From: Sphaerodactylus townsendi
Taxonomy: Eukaryota
Reading direction: 5' to 3'
Length of the DNA: 64,000 nucleotides
Assembly (NCBI RefSeq): GCF_021028975.2
Contig: NC_059431.1
Location: 30,566,001 to 30,630,000, forward strand
Part shown: positions 34,180 to 47,441 of the stretch, piece after piece
How the letters are laid out: each line of letters opens with the position of its first letter
How positions within the stretch are numbered: position 1 is the first letter of the stretch
Translations under genes and position numbers: made by a program
Notes under the pieces: generated by a model
What the model was told of the DNA's origin: nothing
What the model saw: only the letters and a program-made list of their open reading frames with translations
Database searches by the model: none

Positions 34180-34725
34180 CAACTAGCTTCTGGAATCAAT
34201 TCCAGGTGTGGGTTGTTACCTATAAAAGTATTGACTTATATATCATCAGCCGCCCATATCGAACTAGCGAAATACCGGAAGTCCCCTCCCTAAATGACTG
34301 GTACGTCAAAATGTGGATCTACATGGACCTTGATTTATTGACTCTTTCTTTACAAAATAAGGACATACAAAGAAACAAGGAAGATGGCTGGTCTTTGTTG
34401 AAAGAATTTTTTGCAAACTAAAATGTATACGAATGTATATTTGCTATCTCTTTTTTATAAGAGGAATGACAATGTTTGTTCTACAATACAGAAGGCTAGT
34501 AACAATTAACTGATTTTTTCCTCTAGATTAACAACATAACGATTGGTGAAGTCAAACCCAAGTTTAGTTAAACAAGTTGTAAATTATAAATATGACAATC
34601 CCCAAATAGGAGTTTATAACATGCATACTTTCTCTCTCCCTTTGTCGATTTTGTGTTAAAATTTTAACACAGTACATGTTTTTTCTTGTAATGTTGTAAC
34701 CTTAATAAACATTTATTATTTTTAA
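34180..34725 (+). mobile_element. L1/Tx1-like LINE 3' fragment
   Basis: VPSLNDWYVKMWIYMDLDLLT..W resembles an L1-clade ORF2 C-terminus. T-rich 3' UTR with aataaa near 34704. Confidence 0.45.
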
Positions 34726-36784
34726 AAATTCTTCATTGTTTGGAACCCTCATATTTGTAGTTACTGTGTGACAGCTTAATTTATCTGAACAAAGATCACA
34801 GCAAATACCCTTCCTGAGTATTCTCCATTGAGGCTCCCATCTAGTGATATGGGCAGGCTTCCACACTTTTATCATTCCCCAGAATGAATAAAATGGAATT
34901 GTTCAGAAGAAAGAGCACTTTTATAAAGGGAGTAAGGTTATAGTTTTAACACTTGTAAAATTTTTGGAAGTTTTTACTGTATTTTTACAGTATGTATTAT
35001 ACTGTTTTATTTCATTGTTTTCAATTTTGTGATCCCCCCCCCCCCTCCTTGAGTCTCAGTGGAAAAATTGGACCATAAAAGCAGTAAATAATCAAATAAA
35101 CAAATCACAAGGTGGAAGTAATACATCCCTTTGGGACCTGGGCTCCACATCTTTGAAAGGCATTTGCCTTGGCAAGAGCTCTTGCACCAGCTACCCTACT
35201 CTCAACAGCTGTTACTTGCTGTGTCAACACAGGATTGAGAAATCATCTGGCACACAACTGTATGCAGTTCATAGTCCTAACTCACTGAAATCCCTGTCTG
35301 GAAGAAGTGAGACAAGCACATTGCTTGCTAGCTTTTAAGAGGCACTGTAGAACAATCTGTTTCAGAGGGCTTTCTGTTGAACTGGTGTTGAACTGTTGAT
35401 GAATTCATCCTAAATTGTTGCTGGACTGCTGCTATTGTTCATTGTTTAAGAAGCAGTTGTCAAAGTGCTGGGCATTTCTGTTCGTTATTATTTGTAGTGG
35501 TTATTATATGCTTTTGAAATGTCATTGTCTGTATTTATGCAAGTTGTAATTGGATGCCTTTTTGTGAGATATAAACAATTTTAAATGAATATATGTGCCA
35601 TTGTCTCATTTTTTCATTCCTTCTTGAAGTGGAAGGGTCCAAGATCATGGACAAATGATTAATACAGACGTGCAGACAGACAGGGTTGAAATACCTGCCT
35701 TCCAGGTGTGATGAGCAGGCAATTTCCTCTAGACTTAATTTTCCACCATATAGAGAGTTGTTATATAGGGTACAAATGGTCTATAAGTTATTTTATATTA
35801 CGTTAAGCATTTTCTACCCTGCCCTGACATACCTATGAGTAAAAACATGGAGTCAGCAAATCCTGTTGCTATTCCTGACTCACCTAACTGCACAATCATT
35901 TCCTCAGGTCGTTTGTGCACTGAAGATATCAGATAAAACAATTCAGATTTTAATATCAGCAGCACATTATTATTACTTCCCATTTTTCCTTTAGCACTGT
36001 AAAGCCTCTACAGTCCATGGATAGCCTTATGCCATAAATACTCGGACAGCACAATCCAGGGTGGGAGGGAGGGTGAATTTCCCTCTGCATGTGGCACAGG
36101 CTTCTACCAGTGTAAATGCCCTCTCCAGGGCACTTACAGTGGGAGATGGACAAATCTGCTGGCATCCAGCCATTGTGGCATATTATGACACCCTGCTGTG
36201 ACAGCTGGTCTCATGCCAGCCCTTCCACACCACCCTTCAGCTACGCCGGCATTCTGGGAGCATTTCAGGGGCGTTCTGGGGGGCAAGGCCAAGCTTAGTC
36301 AGCCTCCAGACCCCTCTTGGCCCCTGTATGCCAACAGAGCTGCCAGCAGAGAAATGCCACCATTTTCACTGTGTATTCTATTCTCTTCCATGGGGGGAGT
36401 TGGAGGTTTGTTTGTTTTTTACTTTTTTGAGCTTCCCATGCCATGGGAAAGTCCTGTGGAGTGTTGGAGCAGCAGTTAAGCCATGCCATCCCAGTCTACC
36501 TCAGCTCTGGATTGAGCTATGAGCCATCACCTCAAATGAGTTAAACAACAATTATTTGGAGTGTTTCCATAAGGGAGTCATTGTGATAGCAGCAAGTACA
36601 CAGAAATTTACTGAATGTTCTAAAAGAAAACTGTGTGGGCTTCAGTAATAACACCAACATTAGCTAAATTGCAATACCTTTGTAAAAGTGTGCCAGTCTA
36701 CTGGCTGAACACAAATATATAAATTTCCATGATGTTAGCAACAGAACAACAACATATCTATTAAACTGGTATTATAGTGTACTG

Positions 36785-36974
36785 TTAAAGGCTTTCATGG
36801 CCAGAATCACTGGGGTATTGTGTGGTTTCCGGGCTATATGGCCGTGTTCTAGTAACATTTTCTCCTGATGTTTCACCTGCATCTATGCCAGCCACAGATG
36901 CAGGTAAAACATCAGGAGAAAATGTTACTAAAACACAGCCATACAGCCCGGAAATCACACAACAGCCCACTGAT
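36785..36974. mobile_element. Inverted dimer of Penelope-like terminal sequence (~170-bp palindrome)
   Basis: Arms ~36806-36884 and ~36896-36974 are reverse complements. Flanking repeat tattatagtg at 36770-36779 and 36974-36983. Confidence 0.75.
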
Positions 36975-39239
36975 ATTATAGTGGTTTTTCTCAACTGAAA
37001 AAACAAACACTATCAGAAATAACTGAATACACCTTTTAGGTAATAAAGTCAAGGGTCAGATATTTCCATTTTTAAAATCAGGATCACTGAAAGTATATCA
37101 TGAGCCAAATCTCAGGTGGTTCTGTTGCATATTTGTGTTTTGTATTTAAAGATCCTTGGTTCATCTCACATAGGATTGCAGCGGCTAAACATGTTTGGCC
37201 TACAGGTGAATTTCAGATGAATTGAACTACAGGTGAATTTCAGTACTTTGACCTACAAGTGAATTTCAGTACTTTCAGGTAGTTAGTTGTGGTAGTCTGT
37301 GGACAAAATTCAAGTTCAATAGCACTTAAAATATTCCAGAGTTTAAGCCTGAGTGAATCAGGCTTAAAATCCAGCGTTTGTCACCTCAAAGACTCTGAAT
37401 TTGGTGGAAAGACATACAAATGTTTTAAATAAATCAATATTTCTAACTGCTAACCTTCCATCTCCATTCTTTTGTTATGCAAATGACTCACATGAGTGGC
37501 CAGTGTTTAGTCAATGATTACAAATCAGACTGATAATTAATTTATTCTATTTATTTATTTATTTATATACATGTCTATCCCACCCTATGACTGAAGGTCA
37601 CAGGGTGTATTACAACATAAGACATAAAAATCACCTAAAATAATTATAAAACAATAAATTCTTCTTAAAATTGTCACATCCCCTCCAAGCCAGGATTCCA
37701 AGGGTGGTTTTGAGCATGGCGTGCAAGAACAACACAGACTCTCCGTGACAGAACAACTGTTCTGCAGGCAAAAGGTTTCAGTTTCAATCCTTGCCAGTGT
37801 TACCAGGGACCACCTTCCCAGATGAATGCTTTCTGTTCTGACTCCATCTTTTTGTTGTAACTCACTTCAGCAGCCATTTTAGGAGATTGCAATACCATAC
37901 TTTGGAGAAGGTGAAATTAAGGCTCTCCCCAGGCTATGCAAATGAGTGACCAAACGTTGGTATTGGGGAAACTAATTCACTGATGGAAGATTTCCATGCC
38001 TATCCACTGTCACAGGGGCTTGAAAAGCCAGACACCCACCTAGATGTATGTAGTTCCTGAATAACACGTCGGCCCTTAATCTGTTCCAATCAATAAACCT
38101 GCCTCTTGTTTCTCCCAAGTTTTCTATTGCAGATATCCTGCCAGTTCAAAACGAAAGGGGGTTGGCTTTCTTATTCTGGCAAGGTGACTTTTGGCATTCA
38201 GCATCTAATGTATGATTTCATCATGCTGCCTTCCTCAATTCAAAATGAAATAGCATCTTCTGCACTAAACAGATCACCTAAGGTACACTTTCAGTCTCCA
38301 CAATCTAAGCAGGCAGCACTCATTCCTCCTTCCTTGGTTTATGCAACTGCTCATGTTTGTCATTCCATGAGTCATGCAAGGAGCAGCAAACACAGACATT
38401 TATCACAGAGCAGACAGCTAAATTTTTCTATGAAATACAGCAAAGGGGTACCAGTTTGGACTGTGAAAAATAAGGGGCACTTTAGACATGCAAGTTCTGC
38501 AGTAAGGAACTTTCATTATTTTCTATTCTATTCCACATTCCACAATCATCAAAATCAACTAGCCACAGTAACTCTGGACCATATGGCAGTTCTACTCTAG
38601 ATGTAGGGAATGGCATGACAAATCCTTCCCCTCAAAAATAAATCCCTAAAAGTCTTGCATGACAGTTCGCCATGTGCATGTGGAGTTTTATTTTATTGCA
38701 TCTCCAAACTCCCAGACTGTTTTGTTCCTACTGCCTTTAGGTAAAAGTTTACTACTTGATTCTGATGATTGTACAATTTTCCTTCTATTATTCTGGACCG
38801 AGGGAAACATTTTTAATACAAAGTTCACAAATTGAAACAGTGTGCATCTGGCAATGCTAAATAAAGGTGGAAAACAAAACTACTGGCCTTTATATGTACC
38901 AATTAAAAAGTACTGAAGATATTTCAAATGTCTGCATCACTACAAAGTACATTTATTTCATGTATTTTATTTTTTATTGCCACCTGAGGGAGGGACATGC
39001 TAGCATAGAGATAGATACATCTGAGGTAAATAAGCACACAAACACTTTATTATGGTAATAAAATTGGCCATAGCCATAAGCATTTTATTGGCAGAAAGAA
39101 CAGGAGAGCATGTGGTGCAGCATGGGGGTCTGATTGAAGGGTTGGGCAGCCAAGCAGGCTGTCTGCAACAAAAGTTTTTCCCAAACCCAGCTGTTTGAGG
39201 GAAAGAGCTTTTACCCTGAGTAACAGGGAGAAGCAATGA

Positions 39240-39880
39240 AGGTGGGGAATTCCAGACTGGGTGGGCCGCATTCTGTAGATTTCCCCAAATTGCTGAAGGG
39301 GGTGCAGGCGGTCTCAGCCCAAGTCTGGGCTGCCAGACCCCTGGTTTGCTCCCCCCTACCTCATAAGGAGGTTCCCAAAAGGGGTTAGAAATCAGCTTAC
39401 CCCATGCCAGATCAGTCCCCCATGCGCCAATCGCCAGATGGCTATGACAAAGAAAGCAAAACTAGAGCCCTGTACCCCTACTAGCCATAAGGGAGTGGTG
39501 GGTGGGACAAGTTCGCCGACAGAGGAGGAAGAGGGCCCGCACGTGTCTCGCCCGCTGAGACACGATGCAACGTGAGGAAAAAGAGACAAAAAGGGGGGGC
39601 GAACTCACGCACTGGAGCTCCGAGCTCCGAGGTCACAAGTTAGCCAACGGAGGAGGAAGAGGGCCCACACGTGTCTGGCCCGACCATATATGGGAAGGGG
39701 GCGGTCCCTGGCTGCTGACGCCAGAGTCCTGCGCCCGGCACTGGGCATCCAATCGCCTGCGCCTGCTATGTAGACGTGGTCCCTTTGGAACCTCCCCCCC
39801 AGCCGAGGAGGGAGGAAGAGCAATGCGACCCTCCCCAGCCGGCAAATGGCGGCCGCGGTGAGTCCCTGCCACCCCCTTCA
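39240..39880. other. GC/CpG-rich insert, probably the 5' UTR/promoter fragment of a retroelement
   Basis: Local CpG enrichment and an internal 48-bp direct repeat (39507-39554, 39635-39682). No recognisable protein. Confidence 0.4.
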
Positions 39881-40177
39881 TGTTATTAATAGTCCATTTA
39901 TTTTCACAGGGACTCAAGGGGGATTATTCATAGTGAGTCAATACAATTAACAAAATGGGACATTAATGCATTAGGATATTAGAAGTTTGGAACTATCAGA
40001 TAAAAACAGAAGCACAACATAATTATGGATGGGTTACTGTTACTACTGATTTTATTGTATTTTATTGATTTTATTGGGATTATTCAATTTGTTCCTTCTT
40101 TTTAGTTGTAATTTATTTTTCTTGTTTGGCTTGCACACCACTCTAAGCCCTTCAGGGGTAGGGCAGTCTACCAAATC

Positions 40178-40233
40178 GAATGAATGAATGAATGAATGAA
40201 TGAATGAATGAATGAATGAATGAATGAATGAAT
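40178..40233. repeat. (GAAT)n microsatellite (tail of an L2-like 3' end)
   Basis: Directly visible, preceded by ctaagcccttcaggggtagggcag. Confidence 0.9.
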
Positions 40234-40329
40234 ATTACCATGATACACTAAGTGTTACAGAAATTATATAATATGATCTTTTTCTAATACATGATATAAA
40301 GCAGTATGAACCACAAGTTCCAAACATTT

Positions 40330-40610
40330 ATCCAAGTAAGTTTGTGAACTACTTTCTATTGTGCAACCTTATTAGCTGTGCGGAAAAGCCTTCTTGAATA
40401 GTTTGGTTCTGGATAGTTTGCAGAAGGCCAGGAAAGTGGGAGCTGTCCTGACCTCCCCGGGCAGGCCATCCCACAAAGTGGAAGCCACAACAAAAAAAAG
40501 GACATATACAGGGCAGTTGTTGATTTTGCCCATTTGCAGCTTGGCACCTGCCAAAGCTCCTGCTGACATGAGCAGAGCTGTTGTGGCAAAGCATAGGGAG
40601 GGAGGCAGTT
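40330..40610 (-). mobile_element. L2 LINE 3' fragment
   Basis: FFVVASTLWDGLPGEVRTAPTFLAFCKLSRTKLFKKAF. Confidence 0.7.
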
Positions 40611-41034
40611 TGTAATTTTTTAAAAATAATCTAGTTTTAAGTTTTAAGTATTATATGTGGATTGTAATCTTCTAGCAGCCAGGGCAAAAAGTGAAGCTCT
40701 GAATAAAATAAATGGGTTGATATCAGATAAAAAGAGCCTCGGTTTATTGAGGTCAGAACAAAAATTTAGACCTCTTACAATGTCAGGAAGAATTTTGGGT
40801 CTGGGTTCTTTATAGAGAAGACAGTATAAAACACAGACTCACTCTGAACAGCACAAATAACACATCTTGGGAACATGAAAAAGAGCATCTTAAGGAGGAA
40901 CTCTGCAGTTTTTTCTCCCCAAGACATCCCTAGGATGCCTTTTTTCAGCTGAAGGTGTCTTTTTAAAAAGTTGCACCTTCAGCTGAAGTGTGTATCTTCT
41001 TTCGTTAAGCTGCCTGCAAAATATCTCCTGCTGT

Positions 41035-41990
41035 TAGATGGATTTGTTATAGGTTGACTGACCAAACCCAAAGGGTGCTCACCAATAGCCCATCTTCATC
41101 CTGGAGAGAAGTGACTAGCTATTCAATATTTTTTATCAGTGACTTGGATAATGGAATAGAGGGCATGCTGATCAAATTGCAGATGACACCAAATTAGGAG
41201 GGGTATTTAATTCTCCAGAGGACAGGGTCAGAATTCAAACTGACCTGGACAGATTACAGAGCTGGGCCAAAACTAATAAAATGAATTTCAACAGAGATAA
41301 ATGCAAGATACTACACTTACACAGAAAAGATGAAATCCACAGATATAGTGTGGATATACGCCTGGCTTGACAACAGTACATATGAAAGGGACTTGGGAGT
41401 CTTAGTAGCCCACAAACTGGACATGAGTCAGCAGTGTGATGCAGCAGCCAAGACAGCCAACGCAATTCTGGGCTGCATCAATAGAAGTATAGTGTCTATA
41501 CTTCTATTCTGCATTAGTCAAACCTCACTTGGAATACTGTGTCCAGTTCTGGATACCACAATTGAAGAAGGATATTGACAAGCTGGAATGGGTCCAGAGG
41601 AGGGCCACCAAAATGGGAAAAGGTCTGGATTCCATTTCCTATGAGGAGCAGCTTAGGGAGCTACATGCATTTAGTCTGGAGAAGAGAAGGTTAAGGGGTG
41701 ACATGATAACCATGTTTAAATATTTGAAGGGATGTCCTGCTGAAGATGAAGCAAGCTTATTTTCTGCTGCTCCAGAAACTAGGAGATGTAATGGACTCAA
41801 AGTATCAGAAAAGAGATTTCACCTAAACATTAGGAAGAACTTCCTGATGGTCAGGGCTGTTTGACAGTGAAATGCATGCCTCAGAGTGTGGTCTCCTTCC
41901 TTTTTGAAGTTTTCAAACAGAGGCTGGAAAAATCAGTAAAACAGAGTGCTTTGATTGATGGCCCTTGTGGTCCAACTCTATGATTCTAAG
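41035..41990 (+). mobile_element. Older CR1 LINE, RT C-terminal half
   Basis: gcagatgacaccaaattagga (ADDTKLG), [32 protein letters not shown]. Ends in tatgattct. Confidence 0.9.
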
Positions 41991-42401
41991 GGGACAGACA
42001 AATCTCACTGGAGAGAGAGTTTCCACACAACCAAGAATGTCCTTTCTTGGTTTGCCATCTCTCTACCCTCAAATGGCGGGGCAACCAAAGCATGGCCTCT
42101 GAAAACGATTGGAGTTGTATGGGAGAATGCGCTCTTTAAAGTGTGTTGGCTCCAGACCATACAGAGGTTTAAAGGTCAATCCTAGCACCACAAGTTGAGT
42201 CCAGAAGCAAACTGGAAGCCTGTGTAGATAGGCAAAGACTGGGATTGCACGGTCCCTTAAGGGTCATATTCTCACAGTCTATCACTATTTATCTATTTAA
42301 AACATTTATTAACTGCCTTTCTACCTTGTGGAACTGAAAGCAGCTGATAATGTAACTAAAACCACATAAATTCAGCCATGACTTGAGGGCAACACACACA
42401 T

Positions 42402-43799
42402 ACACACACACAAGAACTCCGTGGCTCTAATGGTGCATCTCCATAGTTGTAGCCCAGCATTATGCCTCGCCTGTCTTTTCAGATCCTGAAACCAAATTTA
42501 GGTAAACCCTGGAACATGTGCCTGTGGCATGCCAGACCACTTGCTTGGCATGCAGGGTCACTGCAGATTAAGGTGAGCTCCTGAGATGCCTCAAGCACCA
42601 TGGGGGCTCAGCTTGTTCCCAGTGTGTTTGGCAAACTGCAACCCTCATATCTCTCCCTTCAGTTTGCTGGCACGCTAAGTCTTCACAATTTCAAAAATGG
42701 CCGCCTACTCCTCCCCTGGACTCCCCTTTATATTAAAACTGGCAATGTGTTTCCACTTTGGAGTTAAATAGTGTATATCTATGTAAAAATGTTTCCCTAG
42801 ATTATGCCTAAAAAACACTTGCCTATGCCCCATGTCTTCTTGACTTTCTCACTATTTCTTCAAAAGATGTTTCTTATTTCACTGATATAGCTACTTGTGC
42901 TTCATAACACAAAAGCTTAAAGCCAACTGATCCACTATGTTTTTTTTAAACTGAAGGAGCTTCCTTGATTACATGGTTTTCCCATGAGATAGGTTAGGCA
43001 GGAAGACTGATCCAAGGTGGGATTCATCGCCCAGTGGGGATCTGAACCTAGTCACAGTCAAGCTATTATAGTGACTCAGGAATACATTGCCTCTCACCTA
43101 GTTAAGAGATGAACAAATAAACAATGTTGGACTTAAAAAAAATAAAATTCAGTGTAAGTCCAAAAAAGACTTCAACCCTTATTTCAGTTTTTAATAAAAA
43201 CTTTAATGTTGAAAGAGTGCCATCAGGATGGCTGAGGAATGAGTGCACAGTAATGTAAACTGCCATGTCTGTAATACACTAAAGTGGAGATGTCTAGATA
43301 ATTTCCATCTGAGAATACTGAAGCAATTGTGACACACATTAAAAACTGCAAGCCGGAAAGGGTTGCAATGACTTTGCGAATACTACCTTGTGACGAGAGA
43401 ATAGCTGATAATCCTCCTACATATAAGGAAGAATACAAAAGTTACCTGGGAAACTACAGACCCCATTCATCTGTCCAGAATGGAATGCATGCTTTCACCG
43501 CACCTTTTGAAAAGCAGAATAGCTTAAAACCAGGAAGCAAATGGGAAATGGGATGAAAGGTGTGTGTTCCCAAACACACTGGGAACAAGCTGAGCCCCCA
43601 TGGTGCTTGAGGCATCTCAGGAGCTCACCTTAATCTGCAGTGACCCTGCATGCCAAGCAAGTGGTCTGGCATGCCACAGGCACATGTTCCAGGGTTTACC
43701 TAAATTTGGTTTCAGGATCTGAAAAGACAGGCGAGGCATAATGCTGGGCTACAACTATGGAGATGCACCATTAGAGCCACGGAGTTCTTGTGTGTGTGT
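42402..43799. repeat. 230-bp apparently perfect inverted repeat (42402-42631 / 43570-43799)
   Basis: Read by eye as exact reverse complements with a 938-bp spacer. Confidence 0.92.
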
Positions 43800-44490
43800 T
43801 GTATTAATTTACCTAAACACATATCATTCCGGGCTGTTTTCATACTTCGACAGATGACAAACTGACTTTTTTTTTCAGATGCAGGTGGAAAAAACATTTC
43901 ATATGCGGTTAAAGAATTTCAGTGAAACATTAAATACTGCTGTCCCAACCCAGCTTTGCGAAAGAAAACACTGCATGACTTAGCGATAGATTGACTGTGA
44001 CAAAAGAGAAAGCAATGTCAAGGACAGAGTCAACACTTTGTGCCTGTCCTACAGGCTGTATGGAAGAATGACCATGAACATGGAGAGCAGACAAGGAAAA
44101 GCGGGCATGAGAAGAGAAGAAATTCAGTTTTAGACATACTGAATTTGAAATGGTGATTAGACATCAAAACAGAAAATTGGAGATGTATAACTGTATAGAG
44201 AGGGAATTCAAGAGCAGAAAAATACAGATGGATGGAGGTAATCAGTATGCCTGAGCCCTTCGGGGGAGGGCGGTTTATAAACCTAATAAATAATAATAAT
44301 AATAATAATAATAATATGCACATGGTCCTGAAGTTCACAAAATTTTGTCAGATCACTTGAAAACAGTTGCAGAGGGAGAATGGGAAAGAGCCAAAGACAG
44401 TTCCTTGAGGAGCCCCAAGTGATAAAGGGAAAGCAAAGAATGTTCTTCCCTCTGGAAAAAAATGATAAATGAACAATGATGAACATCATC

Positions 44491-45619
44491 ATTAATCTTA
44501 GCTCAGGGTCTCAAGCTGGCCATAGCAGTGAACATGTGTAGGCCTCTGTTAAAGGTATACTAGAATTATAGGTATAATTATAAGATTTATAAGAATTATA
44601 AGATTAAATGATGAACAATGATAAATGAAAAATGATAAATGAACAATAAGATAATGACAAAGATCTGACCCAGTCTTTGGGTGGTCGCAATGCCAAGCCC
44701 TGGGCTCTGAACCAGTGCTCCAAAGCACAAAATTAATTTTTTTATATTTTTTATTGAATGAAAGGTTGCAAAAGAAGGCTTCAAAAAAACCCATAGTGAG
44801 CATATAATCATAAGGTACATTTCAAGTACACAATAAAACAGCAAAACTCAAGCTTGCTAACTAGAAAGGATACTTGCAAAAAGAATACTATAGAAGTCCT
44901 CATTGCATAAGCAAAGTTCTTCAAGCAAAATAGGTGAGCATATAGACAAAGAAAACATCAGTACTAATTCTGATGTGATTAATGTATGGCATAGGCTGGC
45001 CACACTAAACGATTACCAATTAACCAATTACCGGTAAGTATCAAGTTGGTAAGAACACTCTAGAATGTGAGGAATGTCATGTGGATAATCTTCAGCAATA
45101 AGGTAGAATCGACAGAAATTGCCAATTTAGTCTGGATCCAACCTGAATAATGTAGTCTTAGAACAAAAGTAAAGCATGTGCTCTTGAATATTCCAATGGG
45201 ACTACTCAAAATTGCTTGTCTTTATTCGTACAAATGTAAGCCTAATCTTCTGCTGGCACCAAGAAAGTCAAGTGGATTTTTCAGTTAACAGCTCCTACTC
45301 ATTCCGACATCAAGGGATAATTCCACATAGCAGTGTGTTTATATGCCTATGATTACTGAGATGTTAAATCTGATTATCAAGTTAGTGATATTTCAGCGTT
45401 TTTAATCTGTTTATTAATTAAAAATAAAGTAATGTTCCTATAATGATCTGCAGTTCTCTCTGCCCTTCCTTTGATTGTAACAAAGGGCTTTTTAACACCT
45501 ATTTTTTATAACATATGGTCTAATTGTCACTTGTTTACCTATAATTCTAGTATACCTTTAACAGAGGCCTACACATGTTCACTGCTATGGCCGGCTTGAG
45601 ACCCTGAGCTAAGATTAAT
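44491..45619. repeat. 84-bp inverted repeat (44491-44574 / 45536-45619)
   Basis: Reverse complements with one mismatch and a 961-bp spacer. Confidence 0.9.
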
Positions 45620-46222
45620 TTTTTTTTAAAAAAACCCGAAGTCTAATACTTGAATAGGGAGTGAAAATGTATTATGCATACATGCAACTCTTACCCTTTC
45701 CACAACTCTAAGAAATATTTTATTATTAGAAAAGGGCAGGAGTTCTATGTACTGAACATATTTTAGCTGATCTGATCTAAAATATGTGAACATGTTGGGC
45801 CATGTAAAAAGGCACATAGGTGTACTGGGCATGGATTCTGAAGTTACAGGTACCTAGACATTGGCCTAAAGTTAAAGTGAAAGAAAAAACATAGGATATA
45901 ATTCTCACACTGAGGTGTATGAAGGTGTAGGTGAGCTGTGCCATCTATGCCAGCATTGAGAAGTCTACTGTCATAACATCCGCTTCTTTAGAAAAAAAAA
46001 CCAAGGTCACCTTTTATATTCTGGCAATAGTGCTTGAAATCCAGGTTTCAGACATAGACGTGCACTCGATTAACTAGCACAGATCCCCCCCCCCGCCCAA
46101 ATTATCACATTTCATATCATTTTGTCATTATGCAAAGTGCTGTGAATTAATGATCACATTACTTGACTTAGAGACTGGCATTTTGTAAGGAACTCATTAG
46201 ATGAATAGCTGATACTAGATTT

Positions 46223-46254
<32 letters not shown>

Positions 46255-47441
46255 CAACACTCTTTCAGCTTGAAACAAAACCAAAGTATCAATTGTACTA
46301 AAACCGCATCCTACGCACGCACATACACAAATTAAATTAGATCAGGCCTGCAAACTTGTGACTCTCTATGGTGAACAAAACTCACCAACCTAGGTCAACA
46401 GTGGGTAAATGACCATGCAGTCCTAAGCACAATTATAGCCTTCTAAGTTCACTGACTTCAATGAACTTAGAAGGGTGCAAGTCTGTTTAGCATTGCACTG
46501 TAATTATCCACTTGTCTAAGATGGCAGTATCAGGATGCAATTAGTACCTGGCCAGTCACTTCATATGCCAAATGGATTGAGTTTTGCTTGACAGCCATCA
46601 CAAAGAGGATTCTGGCAACAAAGAATCATAGAGTAACCAACTGGGGGTCCCTACCACATTACAATCCTACTCCCCCACTAGCTGCACATCAAGTATGTGC
46701 CCCAGGTACTTTGCAAAATATTCCCAGGAAGTTCATGTCAGAATCAACATGAGATGAATCACTGCCGTTTGCTCTTTGATTAGGGCTCATTGTCTAGTAC
46801 AATATCACACCAAGCTTACTGGAAAAAATGTCTTGCAATAGCACAGCATGATCAAAATAGTATGAGCGCACATGGAGGTAACACAGCAACATCATATTCC
46901 ATTTCTTTTCAGGTTTTATATCGATTGTCATTCACTGGGAAGTTGTAATGATGCACAAGTGAATCTTTAGAAGGAAAATTCAAGCTGTTTAGAGTTAGAC
47001 AAAAAGAGATTTATTGACACCAGAAATATGCTAGATGATGTTGAAACACTCAGACACTAATGACTCAGGCAATTTTAAGGTTTCCATGGAAAAATATGGA
47101 ATTGGTTGTTTTTATGATATTTAATTACAAGCTTCTGGGCTATTCGCTTTCTAAACATCACTATAATTTTTCCATCTGTACCTACCAAATCCTTTCCTCT
47201 ACAAAACATCCTCAAATGTTTAAACAATAACAGGCAACAGTCCAAGGGCACATGTAAAAATGCAGCTATGGAGCACCAGGGAGTGCTACCCTGACTCAAA
47301 TGGAACCATTTGTGAGCTTATAAGTCAACTGCCATAAGCTTCTTGGAAGAAGAGAGGAATATAAGTATAAGGAATAAGGATAAAGAAAGTTTCAGGTGGA
47401 TATCTGGGTTGGTCTGTGGTAGAAGAACAACAAAGAATCAT

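Noticed and set aside
42402-43799. DNA transposon with 230-bp TIRs
   Set aside because: No outer TSD, no recognisable terminal motif and no transposase. The direct repeat flanks only one arm.
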